Under the pieces are notes generated by a model. It saw nothing but the letters and a program-made list of their open reading frames with translations. It ran no database searches and had not been told where the DNA came from. This document shows, piece after piece, positions 1 through 9,749 of a stretch of 64,000 nucleotides of DNA; the stretch's first letter is position 1; each line of letters begins with the position of its first letter. A program made the translations under genes and the position numbers. The DNA is from Verrucomicrobiia bacterium. GTDB taxonomy: Bacteria > Verrucomicrobiota > Verrucomicrobiia > CAIQCK01. The stretch is from assembly GCA_041651735.1 (NCBI GenBank), contig JBAZIR010000001.1, positions 799-64,798 of the forward strand. Direction: 5' to 3'.

Positions 1-639
1 GTCCGGACGACGCACTATATCCTTGGCAGCGCGCTCGGCAGCCATCCGTATCCAATGATGGTTCGCGATTTCCAAAGTTGCATCGGCCGCGAGGCGCGCC
101 GCCAGATTCTGGCGAAGGAAGGCCGGCTGCCCGATGCGATCGTCGCCTGTGTCGGCGGCGGCTCGAACTCCATCGGCATTTTCCATCCGTTCCTCGGCGA
201 CAAGAAGGTCCGGCTCATTGGCGTCGAGGCCGGCGGGCGCGGCATCAAGCCGGGTAACCACGCGGCGCGATTTGCGGGCGGCTCTCTTGGCGTGTTGCAG
301 GGTACGCGGACCTACGTGCTCCAAAACGCCGACGGGCAGATTGAATTGACGCACTCGGTCAGCGCGGGCCTCGACTACGCGGCGGTCGGCCCGGAACACG
401 CGTGGTTGCGCGACCTCAAGCGCGTCGAATATACTTACGCCACCGACGACGAAGCGCTGCGAGCGTTCAAGTTCCTCGCCGAAAAGGAAGGCATCATCCC
501 GGCGCTGGAGAGCGCGCACGCCGTGGCGCACACGATGAAGCTCGCGCCGAAGATGAAGAAGAATCAGATCGTCATCATCAACCTTTCCGGGCGCGGCGAC
601 AAAGATGTGCAGCAGGTGGCGGAGATTGTGAAGCTATGA
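1..639 (+). CDS. trpB: tryptophan synthase beta chain, C-terminal part (5' end lies outside the window)
   Basis: Frame 1 is open from base 1. Translation [15 protein letters not shown]...[11 protein letters not shown]...GVEAGG...NLSGRGDKD matches conserved TrpB motifs. Stop TGA at 637-639. Confidence 0.9.
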   Translation, partial: VRTTHYILGSALGSHPYPMMVRDFQSCIGREARRQILAKEGRLPDAIVACVGGGSNSIGIFHPFLGDKKVRLIGVEAGGRGIKPGNHAARFAGGSLGVLQGTRTYVLQNADGQIELTHSVSAGLDYAAVGPEHAWLRDLKRVEYTYATDDEALRAFKFLAEKEGIIPALESAHAVAHTMKLAPKMKKNQIVIINLSGRGDKDVQQVAEIVKL

Positions 640-1514
640 AAAGCATGACTGGCTATGGGCGCGGCGAGTGTTCGCGTCACGGCGTAAAGATCACGGTCGA
701 GCTGAACTCGGTCAATCGCAAGCAGAGCGACATCACCATCAATCTGCCGCGCGAGCTGATCGAGTTGGAGCCGCGCATTCGCGACCTGATCAACGCGCGC
801 GTCGCCCGCGGCCGGCTCAACGTCGCCGTCGGCTACCATCCCGGCTCCGACCGGCCGCGCGCGCAAGTGCAAGTGAATACGGCGGTGGCGAAGGCTTACC
901 TGCAGGCCACCAGGAAGCTCCACCGGGAACTGGGCGTTGACGGTTCCATCACGCTGGACTCTTTGCTGCGCGCGCCCGGCGTTGTGAGCGTCATCGAGAC
1001 CGAGCTCGAAGCCGCCTCGCTGGGGCCGCTGGTGGAAACGGCATTGAACCACGCACTGGATCGGCTGGTAAAGATGCGGGAACGCGAAGGCAAGCATCTC
1101 GCAGCCGACCTGAACAAACGGCTGAATCTGATCGGCGAGAGCGTTGCGAAAATCCGTGTCGAAGCGCCGAACGTAGTGAAACGTTACCAGCAGCAATTGC
1201 ATGCGCGCATCAAAGCGTCCGGCGTGGAGTTGCCCCTGGACGACGAGCGGCTGCTCAAGGAAGTGGTGATCTTCGCCGACCGCGCCGACATCACCGAGGA
1301 ACTGACACGGCTGGCGAGCCATCTCGATCAGTTCGCCGGCTGTCTTGCCTCCGGCCAACCGGTGGGCCGCACGCTGGATTTCCTCTCCCAGGAGATGGGC
1401 CGCGAAATCAATACGATCGGCTCCAAGGCGAACGATATTGCCATCACACAAACCGTGGTGACATTAAAGGCGGAGCTTGAAAAAATCCGCGAGCAGGTGC
1501 AGAACATCGAGTAG
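636..1514 (+). CDS. yicC: YicC family stress-induced protein
   Basis: ATG 636 overlaps the trpB stop (ATGA). N-terminus [10 protein letters not shown] and C-terminal DITEELTRL...[17 protein letters not shown] are typical of YicC. The track ORF from 402 overlaps trpB in another frame. Confidence 0.85.
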   Translation: MKSMTGYGRGECSRHGVKITVELNSVNRKQSDITINLPRELIELEPRIRDLINARVARGRLNVAVGYHPGSDRPRAQVQVNTAVAKAYLQATRKLHRELGVDGSITLDSLLRAPGVVSVIETELEAASLGPLVETALNHALDRLVKMREREGKHLAADLNKRLNLIGESVAKIRVEAPNVVKRYQQQLHARIKASGVELPLDDERLLKEVVIFADRADITEELTRLASHLDQFAGCLASGQPVGRTLDFLSQEMGREINTIGSKANDIAITQTVVTLKAELEKIREQVQNIE

Positions 1515-1520
1515 GTTCCG

Positions 1521-2138
1521 ATGAAATCCAAGGAGGGCCTTTTGGTGGTGCTGTCCTCGCCTTCGGGCGGCGGCAAGACCACGCTCTGCAACCGGCTGAC
1601 GGAAGCCGACACGAACGTCGTGCGCTCGATCTCCTGCACAACCCGCCCGCCGCGCAGCGCCGAGGTGAAAGACCGCGATTACTATTTCCTGACCCCCGAT
1701 GATTTCGAGAAGCGCGTCGCCCGCGGCGAGTTTCTCGAACACGCGCAGGTCCACGGGCATTACTACGGCACGCTGCGAAAGACTGTCGAGGATCTGCTGG
1801 CGGCGGGTCACGACGCCCTGTTGAACATTGACGTGCAAGGCGCGGCGACCGTCTGCAAACTTGCCAAGGCCGACCCGCGCCTCTGCCGGGCGTTGGTCAG
1901 CGTTTTCCTGATGCCGTCATCGCTGCAATTGCTCGAACAACGCCTGCGCCGGCGTGGCACCGACGACGAGGCGACCATCGCGCGGCGTCTCGCGGAAGCC
2001 CGGCGTGAGATGGCGCGTTGGCGCGAGTACGATTATGTGATTGAGACCGGTTCGATGGAAGAGGATTATCGGCGGATGCAAGCGATCCTGGACGCCGAGC
2101 ACAGTCGTTCGGGGCGGTTGAATTTTGAAACGGAGTAA
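1521..2138 (+). CDS. gmk: guanylate kinase
   Basis: P-loop SSPSGGGKTT, CTTRPPR...DYYF motif, about 205 aa, and the classic yicC-gmk adjacency. Confidence 0.9.
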   Translation: MKSKEGLLVVLSSPSGGGKTTLCNRLTEADTNVVRSISCTTRPPRSAEVKDRDYYFLTPDDFEKRVARGEFLEHAQVHGHYYGTLRKTVEDLLAAGHDALLNIDVQGAATVCKLAKADPRLCRALVSVFLMPSSLQLLEQRLRRRGTDDEATIARRLAEARREMARWREYDYVIETGSMEEDYRRMQAILDAEHSRSGRLNFETE

Positions 2139-2145
2139 CGAAGCC

Positions 2146-2709
2146 ATGGGAAGCCAAGCCACAGTTCTGGTCGGCGTGACCGGCTCGATAGCGGCCTACA
2201 AGGCGGCCGATCTGGTCAGCAAGCTCGTCAAAGCCGGCCACGCGATCCATGTGATCATGACGCGCGAGGCGACGGAACTGGTGGCGCCGCTGACGTTCGC
2301 CACGCTCTCGCGCAATCCGGTGACGCTCAACCTCTTTGAAGAGCCGGCGGAATGGAAGCCCCAGCATATCTCGCTGGCCGATGCCGCCGACCTGACAGTG
2401 ATCGCACCGGCGACGGCCAACGCCATTGCGAAGCTGGCGCTCGGCCTCGCGGACGACGCGCTCAGTTCGATCGCGCTCGCCTGCCAGGCGCCGCTGCTGA
2501 TCGCGCCAGCGATGAACGGCAAGATGTGGCTGCACCCGGCAACACAACAGAACGTGGCGACGTTGAAGGAGCGCGGCGCGCAGTTTATCGGCCCGGAAGC
2601 CGGCATGCTGGCGTGCGGTTACGAAGGACTGGGCCGCCTCTGGAATGTGGACGGCATCGTCGCGGAGATCGAGCGGTTGCTGAAACAGAAGAAGAAACAA
2701 ACGACGTGA
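2146..2709 (+). CDS. coaC: phosphopantothenoylcysteine decarboxylase (flavoprotein), stand-alone CoaC
   Basis: VLVGVTGSIAAYKA flavin-binding start and PAMNGKMW motif. Start taken at ATG 2146 after the gmk stop; 2125 is an alternative. Confidence 0.8.
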   Translation: MGSQATVLVGVTGSIAAYKAADLVSKLVKAGHAIHVIMTREATELVAPLTFATLSRNPVTLNLFEEPAEWKPQHISLADAADLTVIAPATANAIAKLALGLADDALSSIALACQAPLLIAPAMNGKMWLHPATQQNVATLKERGAQFIGPEAGMLACGYEGLGRLWNVDGIVAEIERLLKQKKKQTT

Positions 2710-2773
2710 AATGCGAAACGTAAAACGCGAGATGGCTGTCACTGCGTTTTGCGCTTCACCCGTTGCCAACGCG

Positions 2774-3442
2774 ATGCGTTTTCTCATCACAGCTGGCCCG
2801 ACGCGCGAGTGGCTCGACCCGGTGCGGTTCATCTCGAACCCGTCGTCGGGCAAGATGGGCTACGCACTGGCGCGAGTCGCGAGAGAGACGGGCGCGACCG
2901 TAACGCTGGTGAGCGGGCCGGTGACGCTGGCGGCGCCACAGGGCGTGGAGATGGTTCGGATCGAGACCGCCGCGGAGATGGCAGGCGAAGTTTTTCGGCG
3001 TGCCAAACGGTCTGATATCATTATTCTATCCGCGGCGGTTGCCGACTGGACGCCCGCTATCCGGGCGCGGCACAAGATGAAGAAGGAGGCAGGCGGAAAG
3101 CAAAAGGCAAAACTGGTGCTGACGCTGAAACCAACCGTGGACATTGCGGCGACCCTCGGGAGATCACTTCGGCCCGGCCAGGTGCTGGTGGGTTTTGCGG
3201 CGGAGACACAGCACGTCGAGGCCAACGCGAAAAAGAAGCTCGAACGGAAGAACTTCGACATGATCGTGGCGAATGACGTGAGCCAACCTGGCGTGGGCTT
3301 CGGCTCCGACCGTAACGAAATCATTATCATCAGCCGTAACGGCATGGTCGAACGGCCGCGGCGCGCGAGCAAACGGGTTCTGGCGCGACGCATTTTGAAA
3401 CGAGCCTGCGCGATGCGCGCGGACAAAATGGAACAGTCATGA
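2774..3442 (+). CDS. coaB: phosphopantothenate-cysteine ligase, stand-alone CoaB
   Basis: MRFLITAGPTREWLDPVRFISNPSSGKMG is the CoaB-domain signature. The ORF is open from 2711; ATG 2774 coincides with the domain start. Confidence 0.8.
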   Translation: MRFLITAGPTREWLDPVRFISNPSSGKMGYALARVARETGATVTLVSGPVTLAAPQGVEMVRIETAAEMAGEVFRRAKRSDIIILSAAVADWTPAIRARHKMKKEAGGKQKAKLVLTLKPTVDIAATLGRSLRPGQVLVGFAAETQHVEANAKKKLERKNFDMIVANDVSQPGVGFGSDRNEIIIISRNGMVERPRRASKRVLARRILKRACAMRADKMEQS

Positions 3443-4371
3443 TTTTGACGCTGACGTTAAATCCGTGCATTGACGTGGAGGTTGAGGTGCGCCGGCTGAT
3501 GCGCGACGACGTCAATCGCATCCTTTCCAAGGACCGCGAAGCGGGCGGCAAAGGCATCAATGTCTCCCGCGTCGTGCAATCCCTCGGCGGCAAGACGCTG
3601 GCCATCGCGCCCATTGGCGGCCACATGGGGATGGATTTTCTGAACCGTTTCAGCAAGACGCGTATCCGCGCCAAGCTGGTGCCGATCACCGGCGAGACGC
3701 GCGTCAACATCAACATCCACGAGACCGGCGGCCGTGTGCATACGCGACTAAACGCATCGGGGCCGCGGTTGACAGCGCGGGAGCTGCAGCAGGTGATGGA
3801 CGCCGTCGAACGAAATCTGCCGCGCGCGGCGTTGTTGGTGATCAGCGGCAGCCTGCCACCCGGCCTGCCTGCCGACACTTACGCGGAGATCATCCGCATG
3901 GCCAACCGTCGCGGCGTGCGCGTCATCCTCGACACCGACGGCGAGCCACTGCGGCTCGGCTTGCGCGCGAAGCCGTTCATGGTGAAGCCCAACATTCACG
4001 AAGCGCGGCGGCTGCTTGGCGGCCGGCTGCAAACCACGCGGGCCGTGGCGCGTGCGGCGCGGCGGCTCGTGCAGATGGGCGCTGAGGTGGCTGTCATCTC
4101 GCGAGGCGCGCAAGGCGCAGTGCTCGCGACGGCCGATGGTTGCTGGAGCGGACGCTCGCCGGGCGTGCCGCGGCGCAACAACGTCGGGCCGGGGGACGCG
4201 TTGGCGGGAGCGTTTGCGCTGGCGCTGTCGAGGGGACGCGATTTGCCGGAGGCGCTGCGATGGGGCGTGGCGGCTGGCGCCGCCCACGTGGCCTGTCCGC
4301 CAACGGCGAACGGTTGTGGCGTTCGCCAGATGCGGCGGCTGCTGCCGAAGGTGAAGGTTCGTAAATTGTAG
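3439..4371 (+). CDS. 1-phosphofructokinase-family hexose kinase (PfkB/FruK/LacC type)
   Basis: LTLNPCIDV...AGGKGINVSR N-terminus and C-terminal NNVGPGDALAGAF (GxGD) ribokinase-superfamily motif. ATG overlaps the coaB stop (ATGA). Confidence 0.75.
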   Translation: MILTLTLNPCIDVEVEVRRLMRDDVNRILSKDREAGGKGINVSRVVQSLGGKTLAIAPIGGHMGMDFLNRFSKTRIRAKLVPITGETRVNINIHETGGRVHTRLNASGPRLTARELQQVMDAVERNLPRAALLVISGSLPPGLPADTYAEIIRMANRRGVRVILDTDGEPLRLGLRAKPFMVKPNIHEARRLLGGRLQTTRAVARAARRLVQMGAEVAVISRGAQGAVLATADGCWSGRSPGVPRRNNVGPGDALAGAFALALSRGRDLPEALRWGVAAGAAHVACPPTANGCGVRQMRRLLPKVKVRKL

Positions 4372-4393
4372 CACGGGCATTCTCCTTAAAGCA

Positions 4394-4425
4394 AACGGCG
4401 CACTGACTTCCGTCAATGCGCCGTT
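4394..4425. terminator. candidate bidirectional hairpin between convergent genes
   Basis: Perfect 9-bp inverted repeat AACGGCGCA (4394-4402) / TGCGCCGTT (4417-4425) with a 14-nt loop, lying between the pfkB-like stop and the CsgG-like stop. There is no strong U-tract. Confidence 0.4.
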
Positions 4426-4451
4426 GCACCAAATCAGTTTGGGGAATCAGG

Positions 4452-5402
4452 TCATTCGATCTTGATGACGTCCTTGCTTGTGAAACCCGTGCCGCCGGTG
4501 GGCTTGGCAACCGAAAACTTGTCCGACACCTCCACGACTTCGATCTGACCATATTTCGAAGTCTTGCCGCCGAGATTCAGGCCCGTCTCCGGATCAATCA
4601 GCGCCTCTCCCTGATGGTAGCATGTGAAACGGTCGCCCGGTTTCACGCCAAAGTTCGCGCCGGCGTTGATGTAAATCCTGTCGCCGTCGGCTTTCACAAT
4701 CCGGCCCTGCCACGGCACCTGCTCCAGTCGTGAGGAAATGGCCCCCACCGCCTGGTTGAGTGCGTCAACCACCGCATCGCCCAGCGGCGTCTTCTGCAGG
4801 CCACCCATGCCGCCGCGGAAGTCGCCGGACGCAAAGCCAAACGACATTCCCGACTTGCGGGCAATGCCTTTGATCTGCTGTGAGTCGAGCACCTGGCCGC
4901 TGGTGGTATCAATGATCCGCAGCGCAACCACAACCTCGGCCTTGCCGCCGCTGGCGCCAATGTTGAATCCCTTGAAACCGAACCCCGCGCCGCTTTCAGA
5001 CGTACGCGTGTCCACACTGATGATGCTGCCGGTGATCTGGATTTGCGCCGTCAGCAATTGGCCGACTTGGGGCGCGTTGGCCGTCTGCACCGTGCGCCCG
5101 CTCTGCGCGAAATCCTGCTCCTTCATCACCGTCTGGATTTCAGCGCGCTCCACCACGATGAACCGGCCGCACTTGATCAGAGCGTCCGCCAGCGAGTCGG
5201 CAAAGCCGGTGCCGAGTTCCACCTGGCCCTGCCAGTTGGATTTGTTGTCAAAGCGTGTGACGGCGATTCGTTTTTTCAGCATCGGCCCTGCCGCCATTGG
5301 CGCAACGGGGATGGCGCGGACAACTTGTGGTTCCTGGGCATGAACCAATACCGCCATAACCATTAAACTCACTACAGTGGTCAACATTTTCATAACAATC
5401 AA
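4452..5402 (-). CDS. CsgG/HfaB-family secretion-channel-like protein with extra C-terminal beta domain
   Basis: Signal peptide, then RIAVTRFDNKS...GTGFADSLADALIKCGRFIVVERAEIQTVMKEQDF, which resembles the CsgG core. C-terminal GDRIYINAGANFGVKPGD module. Confidence 0.7.
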   Translation of the reverse strand: MIVMKMLTTVVSLMVMAVLVHAQEPQVVRAIPVAPMAAGPMLKKRIAVTRFDNKSNWQGQVELGTGFADSLADALIKCGRFIVVERAEIQTVMKEQDFAQSGRTVQTANAPQVGQLLTAQIQITGSIISVDTRTSESGAGFGFKGFNIGASGGKAEVVVALRIIDTTSGQVLDSQQIKGIARKSGMSFGFASGDFRGGMGGLQKTPLGDAVVDALNQAVGAISSRLEQVPWQGRIVKADGDRIYINAGANFGVKPGDRFTCYHQGEALIDPETGLNLGGKTSKYGQIEVVEVSDKFSVAKPTGGTGFTSKDVIKIE

Positions 5403-5471
5403 TTTTTTGCGAAATTACAGTTCTTCAGACGCGGTGAAGCTTAGTTTCTTCAAAACCTTCTGGCAATCAAA

Positions 5472-5804
5472 TCATTGTCCTGACAGGCTCACAGCCATCC
5501 ATCGCAGGTAGTCCGCCTGCCCGGCGGCCAGCGGCAGCGCGATGATTTCCGGCACTTGGTAGCTGTGAAGCTGCTTCACGGCGCGCTCCACGGCTCGAAA
5601 ACGGCTGCGGCGCGTCTTCATCACCAGCAGCCACTCGCGCGCGTGGTCAATCTTTCCTTCCCACCAGTAATGCGACTCGACGTCAGGGATGATGTTCGCG
5701 CAAGCCACCAATCGCTGCTCCAGCAGCGATCGCGCGATCCGGCGCGCTTCCCGCCGCGAAGCGGCAGTGACAAAGACAACGCAGTAAGCACCGGCAGCAC
5801 TCAT
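5472..5804 (-). CDS. cutA: divalent-cation tolerance protein CutA
   Basis: YCVVFVTAAS...ACANIIP..ESHYWWEGK motif, about 110 aa. ATG 5804 overlaps the upstream HAD stop (ATGA). Confidence 0.85.
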   Translation of the reverse strand: MSAAGAYCVVFVTAASRREARRIARSLLEQRLVACANIIPDVESHYWWEGKIDHAREWLLVMKTRRSRFRAVERAVKQLHSYQVPEIIALPLAAGQADYLRWMAVSLSGQ

Positions 5805-6385
5805 GGAATCCTTTCGACCACGGCCGACAACTCGCTGAGGTTGTGGATGATGAAATCCGCCTCGTGCGCCCACTCCGGCAGCTTGTTGTTGATGAGCAGC
5901 ACGCCCCTCGCGCCGGCGTTGTGGGCACAGCGCAGGTCATAGACGTAATCGCCGACCACCAGCACCTCGGTCGGTTTGAATCCCCATCGCCGGGCAAGTG
6001 TCAGCACCGGTTCCGGCGATGGCTTGTGCGGTCCGTCTTCGCGCGTCAATGTCGCATCGAATCGCAGGTTGAACTTGGCCAGCACGGTCTTCACGGACCT
6101 GCGGGAGTTGCGCGTCAGGAGGCCGAGCTTGACGCCGCGCGCCCTCAGCGTGTCGAGCAACTCCGCCGCGCCGGGCTGAAGCGTGGAGTTCACGGCGGCC
6201 TCGTCCTCGATGCGATGCAGGATGCTCTCCAGCCGCCGCCGTTCGGCCTCATCCACGGATTTGAGATGGTCCACGATATCGCCCACCATCACGCCCAGCT
6301 CGCGCCGCAGCGACTGGAAATCAATGTGCGGTTCCGTCAGCGTGCCGTCCATGTCGAAGATGATGCCGCGAATCATATAAGTCAT
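5801..6385 (-). CDS. HAD-superfamily phosphatase
   Basis: IIFDMDGTLTEP (DxDGT motif I), LLTRNS, VVGDYVYD. Start ATG 6385 abuts the mnmA stop; the ORF extends to 6424. Confidence 0.75.
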   Translation of the reverse strand: MTYMIRGIIFDMDGTLTEPHIDFQSLRRELGVMVGDIVDHLKSVDEAERRRLESILHRIEDEAAVNSTLQPGAAELLDTLRARGVKLGLLTRNSRRSVKTVLAKFNLRFDATLTREDGPHKPSPEPVLTLARRWGFKPTEVLVVGDYVYDLRCAHNAGARGVLLINNKLPEWAHEADFIIHNLSELSAVVERIP

Positions 6386-7476
6386 GAGTTGGAGGTTTGG
6401 GCCGGTTGGGTCCGGGCGATCCATCCGCCGCCAAGCAGCAGGTCGCCGTCGTAGAATACCGCCGCCTGGCCCGGCGTGACGGCACGCTCCGGCTCGGCAA
6501 ACCGCACGCGGACGCGCGCACCGCCATCAGAAGGCTCGATGACCGCGGCAGATCCTTTGTGCTGGCTGCGAATCTTGACGCTCACTTCGCGCGGCTGGTC
6601 CGGCGCGGGGATGGAAACCCAGTTGCACCGCTCAACGATGCATTCCGTACTCGCCAGCGCTGCGTCGTCGCCGACGATCACGCGGTTGCGCGCGGCATCG
6701 ATCGCGACAACGTACAACGGCCGGCCGGTGGCAATACCCAGCCCGCGCCGCTGGCCGATCGTGAAGAATTCTATTCCCGAATGCCGGCCAAGCACACGCC
6801 CGGCGGAGTCCACGATGTCGCCCGCGTGTTCCGCCACACCCACCGCGCGCAGGAACCGCCGGTAATCGTCGGCGACGAAACAAATCTCCTGGCTTTCTTC
6901 CTTCGTGGCGACCTTCAGGCCGAGTTGCGCGGCCATGGCGCGAGTTTCCGGCTTCGTGATGTCGCCCATTGGGAACAGCGCATGTGCCAGTTGCGACTGG
7001 CTGAGCGAGAAAAGGAAATAGGATTGATCCTTCCGTTCGTCGCGCCCCCTGCGAACGCGCATCCGGTCGCCGTGTTCGAGGATTGCATAGTGGCCGGTGG
7101 CGACACATTCAGCGCCGAGCGAGCGCGCCTTGTCGAGCAGCGCGCCGAATTTCAACCCTTCATTGCAGAGCACACACGGGTTCGGCGTGCGGCCGGCGCG
7201 ATACTCAGCCACGAAATAGTCGATCACGCGTCTCTGGAACTGTGCCTGCTCGTCCATGACATAGTGCGGGATGCCGAGTTGCTGCGCCACCGCTCGCGCG
7301 TCGGCCACGGCCTGCGGGCCGCAGCATTTCTCCTCGACGCGGTTTTGGCAGGCCTCCGGCCAGAGTCTCATCGTGATACCGATGACTTCATAGCCCTGCT
7401 GGAGCAAACGGCTGGCAACGACGCTGGAATCCACGCCGCCGCTCATGCCGACAACTACCCGGATGTTCTTGTTCAT
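6382..7476 (-). CDS. mnmA: tRNA 2-thiouridine(34) synthase
   Basis: MNKNIRVVVGMSGGVDSSV PP-loop and conserved ...TPNPCVLCN... region, about 364 aa. Upstream ORF extension to 7575 is not needed. Confidence 0.9.
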   Translation of the reverse strand: MNKNIRVVVGMSGGVDSSVVASRLLQQGYEVIGITMRLWPEACQNRVEEKCCGPQAVADARAVAQQLGIPHYVMDEQAQFQRRVIDYFVAEYRAGRTPNPCVLCNEGLKFGALLDKARSLGAECVATGHYAILEHGDRMRVRRGRDERKDQSYFLFSLSQSQLAHALFPMGDITKPETRAMAAQLGLKVATKEESQEICFVADDYRRFLRAVGVAEHAGDIVDSAGRVLGRHSGIEFFTIGQRRGLGIATGRPLYVVAIDAARNRVIVGDDAALASTECIVERCNWVSIPAPDQPREVSVKIRSQHKGSAAVIEPSDGGARVRVRFAEPERAVTPGQAAVFYDGDLLLGGGWIARTQPAQTSNS

Positions 7477-7550
7477 CAAAAGTTCCGGCTCAACAACGCG
7501 TCGAAGCCGGTTTCGGTTGCCCACTCTAACGCCGCCCGCCGCGCTGTAAA

Positions 7551-9158
7551 GTGAGGAAAACACTTGACGGTCCATCGCTTGCCCGTGAGAGTCGCGCGCT
7601 GGTGAGATTCTCGTGGCGCACGATTAGATTGGCAGTCGCAGCGGCAGGTCTTGTTGCGGCGATCGTTTGGTTTTGGCCGCGCCGGGCACTGGGCTGCGCT
7701 GATCTTCTTCCCGCCACAACGCCGATCTTCGCACAAGTTTCCAATATGACCGCCACAACGGCTCGCTGGGAGCAAACGCCCGCGGCGACGATGGTGGCGA
7801 AACTGCGGGAAGTTTCCTCCTCCAAGGGAGTCGGCGGGTTGATGACAAAACGCTGGGGCAACCTGCTCGATGCGGTCGTGCGCGGGGCGGCGGAACTCGC
7901 GGACGGCGAGGTGTTCGTGGCGCTCACCGGCCTGCAAACCTCGCCGCGCATCGCGCCGCTGTTGGTGGTCTCCATCCAGTGTGGCGCCCGGCGTTCGCAG
8001 GCACGCGAGTGGCTCGATCAGCTCAAAAGCCAGTTGAAGCGCGAATTTCCGGCGACGGCATTCAGCGACCAACGGTATTTCAAGACCGACTACCAACAGT
8101 GGCGACTGGAGCCTGGACTGGAAATCTGCGCCGCCATGCTGGGAGACCGCCTCATCTTCACGCTCGGCGCCGCGCCGATGATGGAGGTGATTGATCGTCA
8201 TCGCGATCCATCGCGCGAAACGCTGGCCCGCAGCGAACCGTTCCGCGCAATGCGCGCGCGGTTGCCGGAGAACGCCGACTGGTTGCTGGTGGCACAGACG
8301 GGGCCTTTGACACACATGCTCGATCCGTTTCTGCAATGGCTGCCGCAATTGCAGACACTCGCAAAACCGCTGGCACAACTCGACGCCGTCGGCGCGGCAC
8401 AGGTCTTCGATGGCAGCCAGGTTTTGGATTCAGTGACGGTGGCGCACAAAACCCCTCCGAAACAATCGCTCCATCACTTCAAGCCGATGTTGCTGGAGCG
8501 CCTGCCGGCGTCGTGTGTCGCCTACGCGATGGCCGACATGCCGGCTGGCGAAGTCTATAATTCCATCATCCGGACGACGCTCACCCTGGGCCATCGGGAA
8601 TGGATGAAAGTGTTGACGCTTTTCGAAGCCGGATGGATCGCGCAACAAACCGATTTTGCCGGCGACGTGCTCGGCACGCTCGGCACGCCGACGGCCGTGG
8701 CGCTGGATTGGCCGCCGGGCCAGCGCCGACTGGCCGTGTTGTTCGGCGCGCCGCTGAAAGAACCGGACCGGTTGAAGGCCGTTATGCGGCGGTTTGACAA
8801 GGCGCAGCCGCCGCCGATGCACTGGCGCATCGTCAACGATTGGCTCTGGCTGTCGCCTTCGAAGGATTCGCTGGAACGTGTGAGCCAGACCGCGCAGGGC
8901 GCCACGCCGACGTTGCGCGCCGGCATCCAACGGCACACAACCGTCGCAGCGAATGGCGGCTGGTGGTGGTTCTTTGCGGACACGGCACGGCTGGCGACAA
9001 CGTTTGGGGTGTCAACCGCAACGCAGCAACCGCTGTTGACCAGCGTCGTCCGCCGTGGCCGATTCGACGAAGTCACAGCCTTTTCGCCGCTGGGCAGCAT
9101 CGTGAGCGCATGGCTCGCCATTGAGGCGACGGATCGCCCGCATGGGGCCAGGAAGTAA
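7551..9158 (+). CDS. hypothetical membrane-anchored protein (possibly DUF3352-like)
   Basis: Long uninterrupted ORF with GC-typical codon use and N-terminal anchor RLAVAAAGLVAAIVWFW. GTG 7551 or in-frame GTG 7602 are possible starts. No catalytic motif recognised. Confidence 0.5.
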   Translation: MRKTLDGPSLARESRALVRFSWRTIRLAVAAAGLVAAIVWFWPRRALGCADLLPATTPIFAQVSNMTATTARWEQTPAATMVAKLREVSSSKGVGGLMTKRWGNLLDAVVRGAAELADGEVFVALTGLQTSPRIAPLLVVSIQCGARRSQAREWLDQLKSQLKREFPATAFSDQRYFKTDYQQWRLEPGLEICAAMLGDRLIFTLGAAPMMEVIDRHRDPSRETLARSEPFRAMRARLPENADWLLVAQTGPLTHMLDPFLQWLPQLQTLAKPLAQLDAVGAAQVFDGSQVLDSVTVAHKTPPKQSLHHFKPMLLERLPASCVAYAMADMPAGEVYNSIIRTTLTLGHREWMKVLTLFEAGWIAQQTDFAGDVLGTLGTPTAVALDWPPGQRRLAVLFGAPLKEPDRLKAVMRRFDKAQPPPMHWRIVNDWLWLSPSKDSLERVSQTAQGATPTLRAGIQRHTTVAANGGWWWFFADTARLATTFGVSTATQQPLLTSVVRRGRFDEVTAFSPLGSIVSAWLAIEATDRPHGARK

Positions 9159-9169
9159 ACCGCGGCCGC

Positions 9170-9715
9170 CTACCGCACCACGAGCAGGCTTTGGCGCTCG
9201 CTGCTTTCGTTCTCCACCTTGCGACGAAGGAAGTCGAGGATTTCGTTCTCCAGCCGGCTGCAGGAGCTGCTCCAGTTCTTCCTGCCGGTGAGAAGCTTCA
9301 CGCACGGGCGCAAGCCGGTGAATTGAATGAACCGCGCCGGGTGACCGCGCAGGTCGTGCACGGTCTTCTCCAATTCCTTGAAGAACACCAGCTCGAAGCC
9401 GTAGCCCGCCTGCACAGCGAGTTTGCGCAGGTCAGCCGAGAACGCCGCCGGCTTGTCGCTGTCAATGACTTCGCAGCAGCAGGCCAGCACGCGCTCAAGC
9501 ACCTCGTTCAGCGCCGACTCATCCACGATATCGCGGTCGAGATCGGTGTGAAAGTAGTGCATCACCGCATGGGCAATCTGCCGCGCCACCCAAAGCTCGA
9601 TCTTGCCGATGCTCGGATGCCCGGTGATCTGATGGGCGAGTTGTTCGAGCGTAAGCGGCTCGCACTGGCCGTTTGGCCGCACCACAAAAATCACATCTTC
9701 GCGCACGTCAATCAT
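9170..9715 (-). CDS. hypothetical protein (181 aa), downstream of nrdR
   Basis: ORF 35 nt downstream of, and co-directional with, nrdR. No family recognised. Confidence 0.5.
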   Translation of the reverse strand: MIDVREDVIFVVRPNGQCEPLTLEQLAHQITGHPSIGKIELWVARQIAHAVMHYFHTDLDRDIVDESALNEVLERVLACCCEVIDSDKPAAFSADLRKLAVQAGYGFELVFFKELEKTVHDLRGHPARFIQFTGLRPCVKLLTGRKNWSSSCSRLENEILDFLRRKVENESSERQSLLVVR

Positions 9716-9749
9716 GTTTCTCCAATGTTGCCGGCCCCGCGGCTCCGGC

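Noticed and set aside
402-635. 5' extension of the yicC ORF
   Set aside because: It overlaps the well-supported trpB frame and has an Arg-rich, compositionally odd translation. The conserved YicC N-terminus [10 protein letters not shown] starts at 636.
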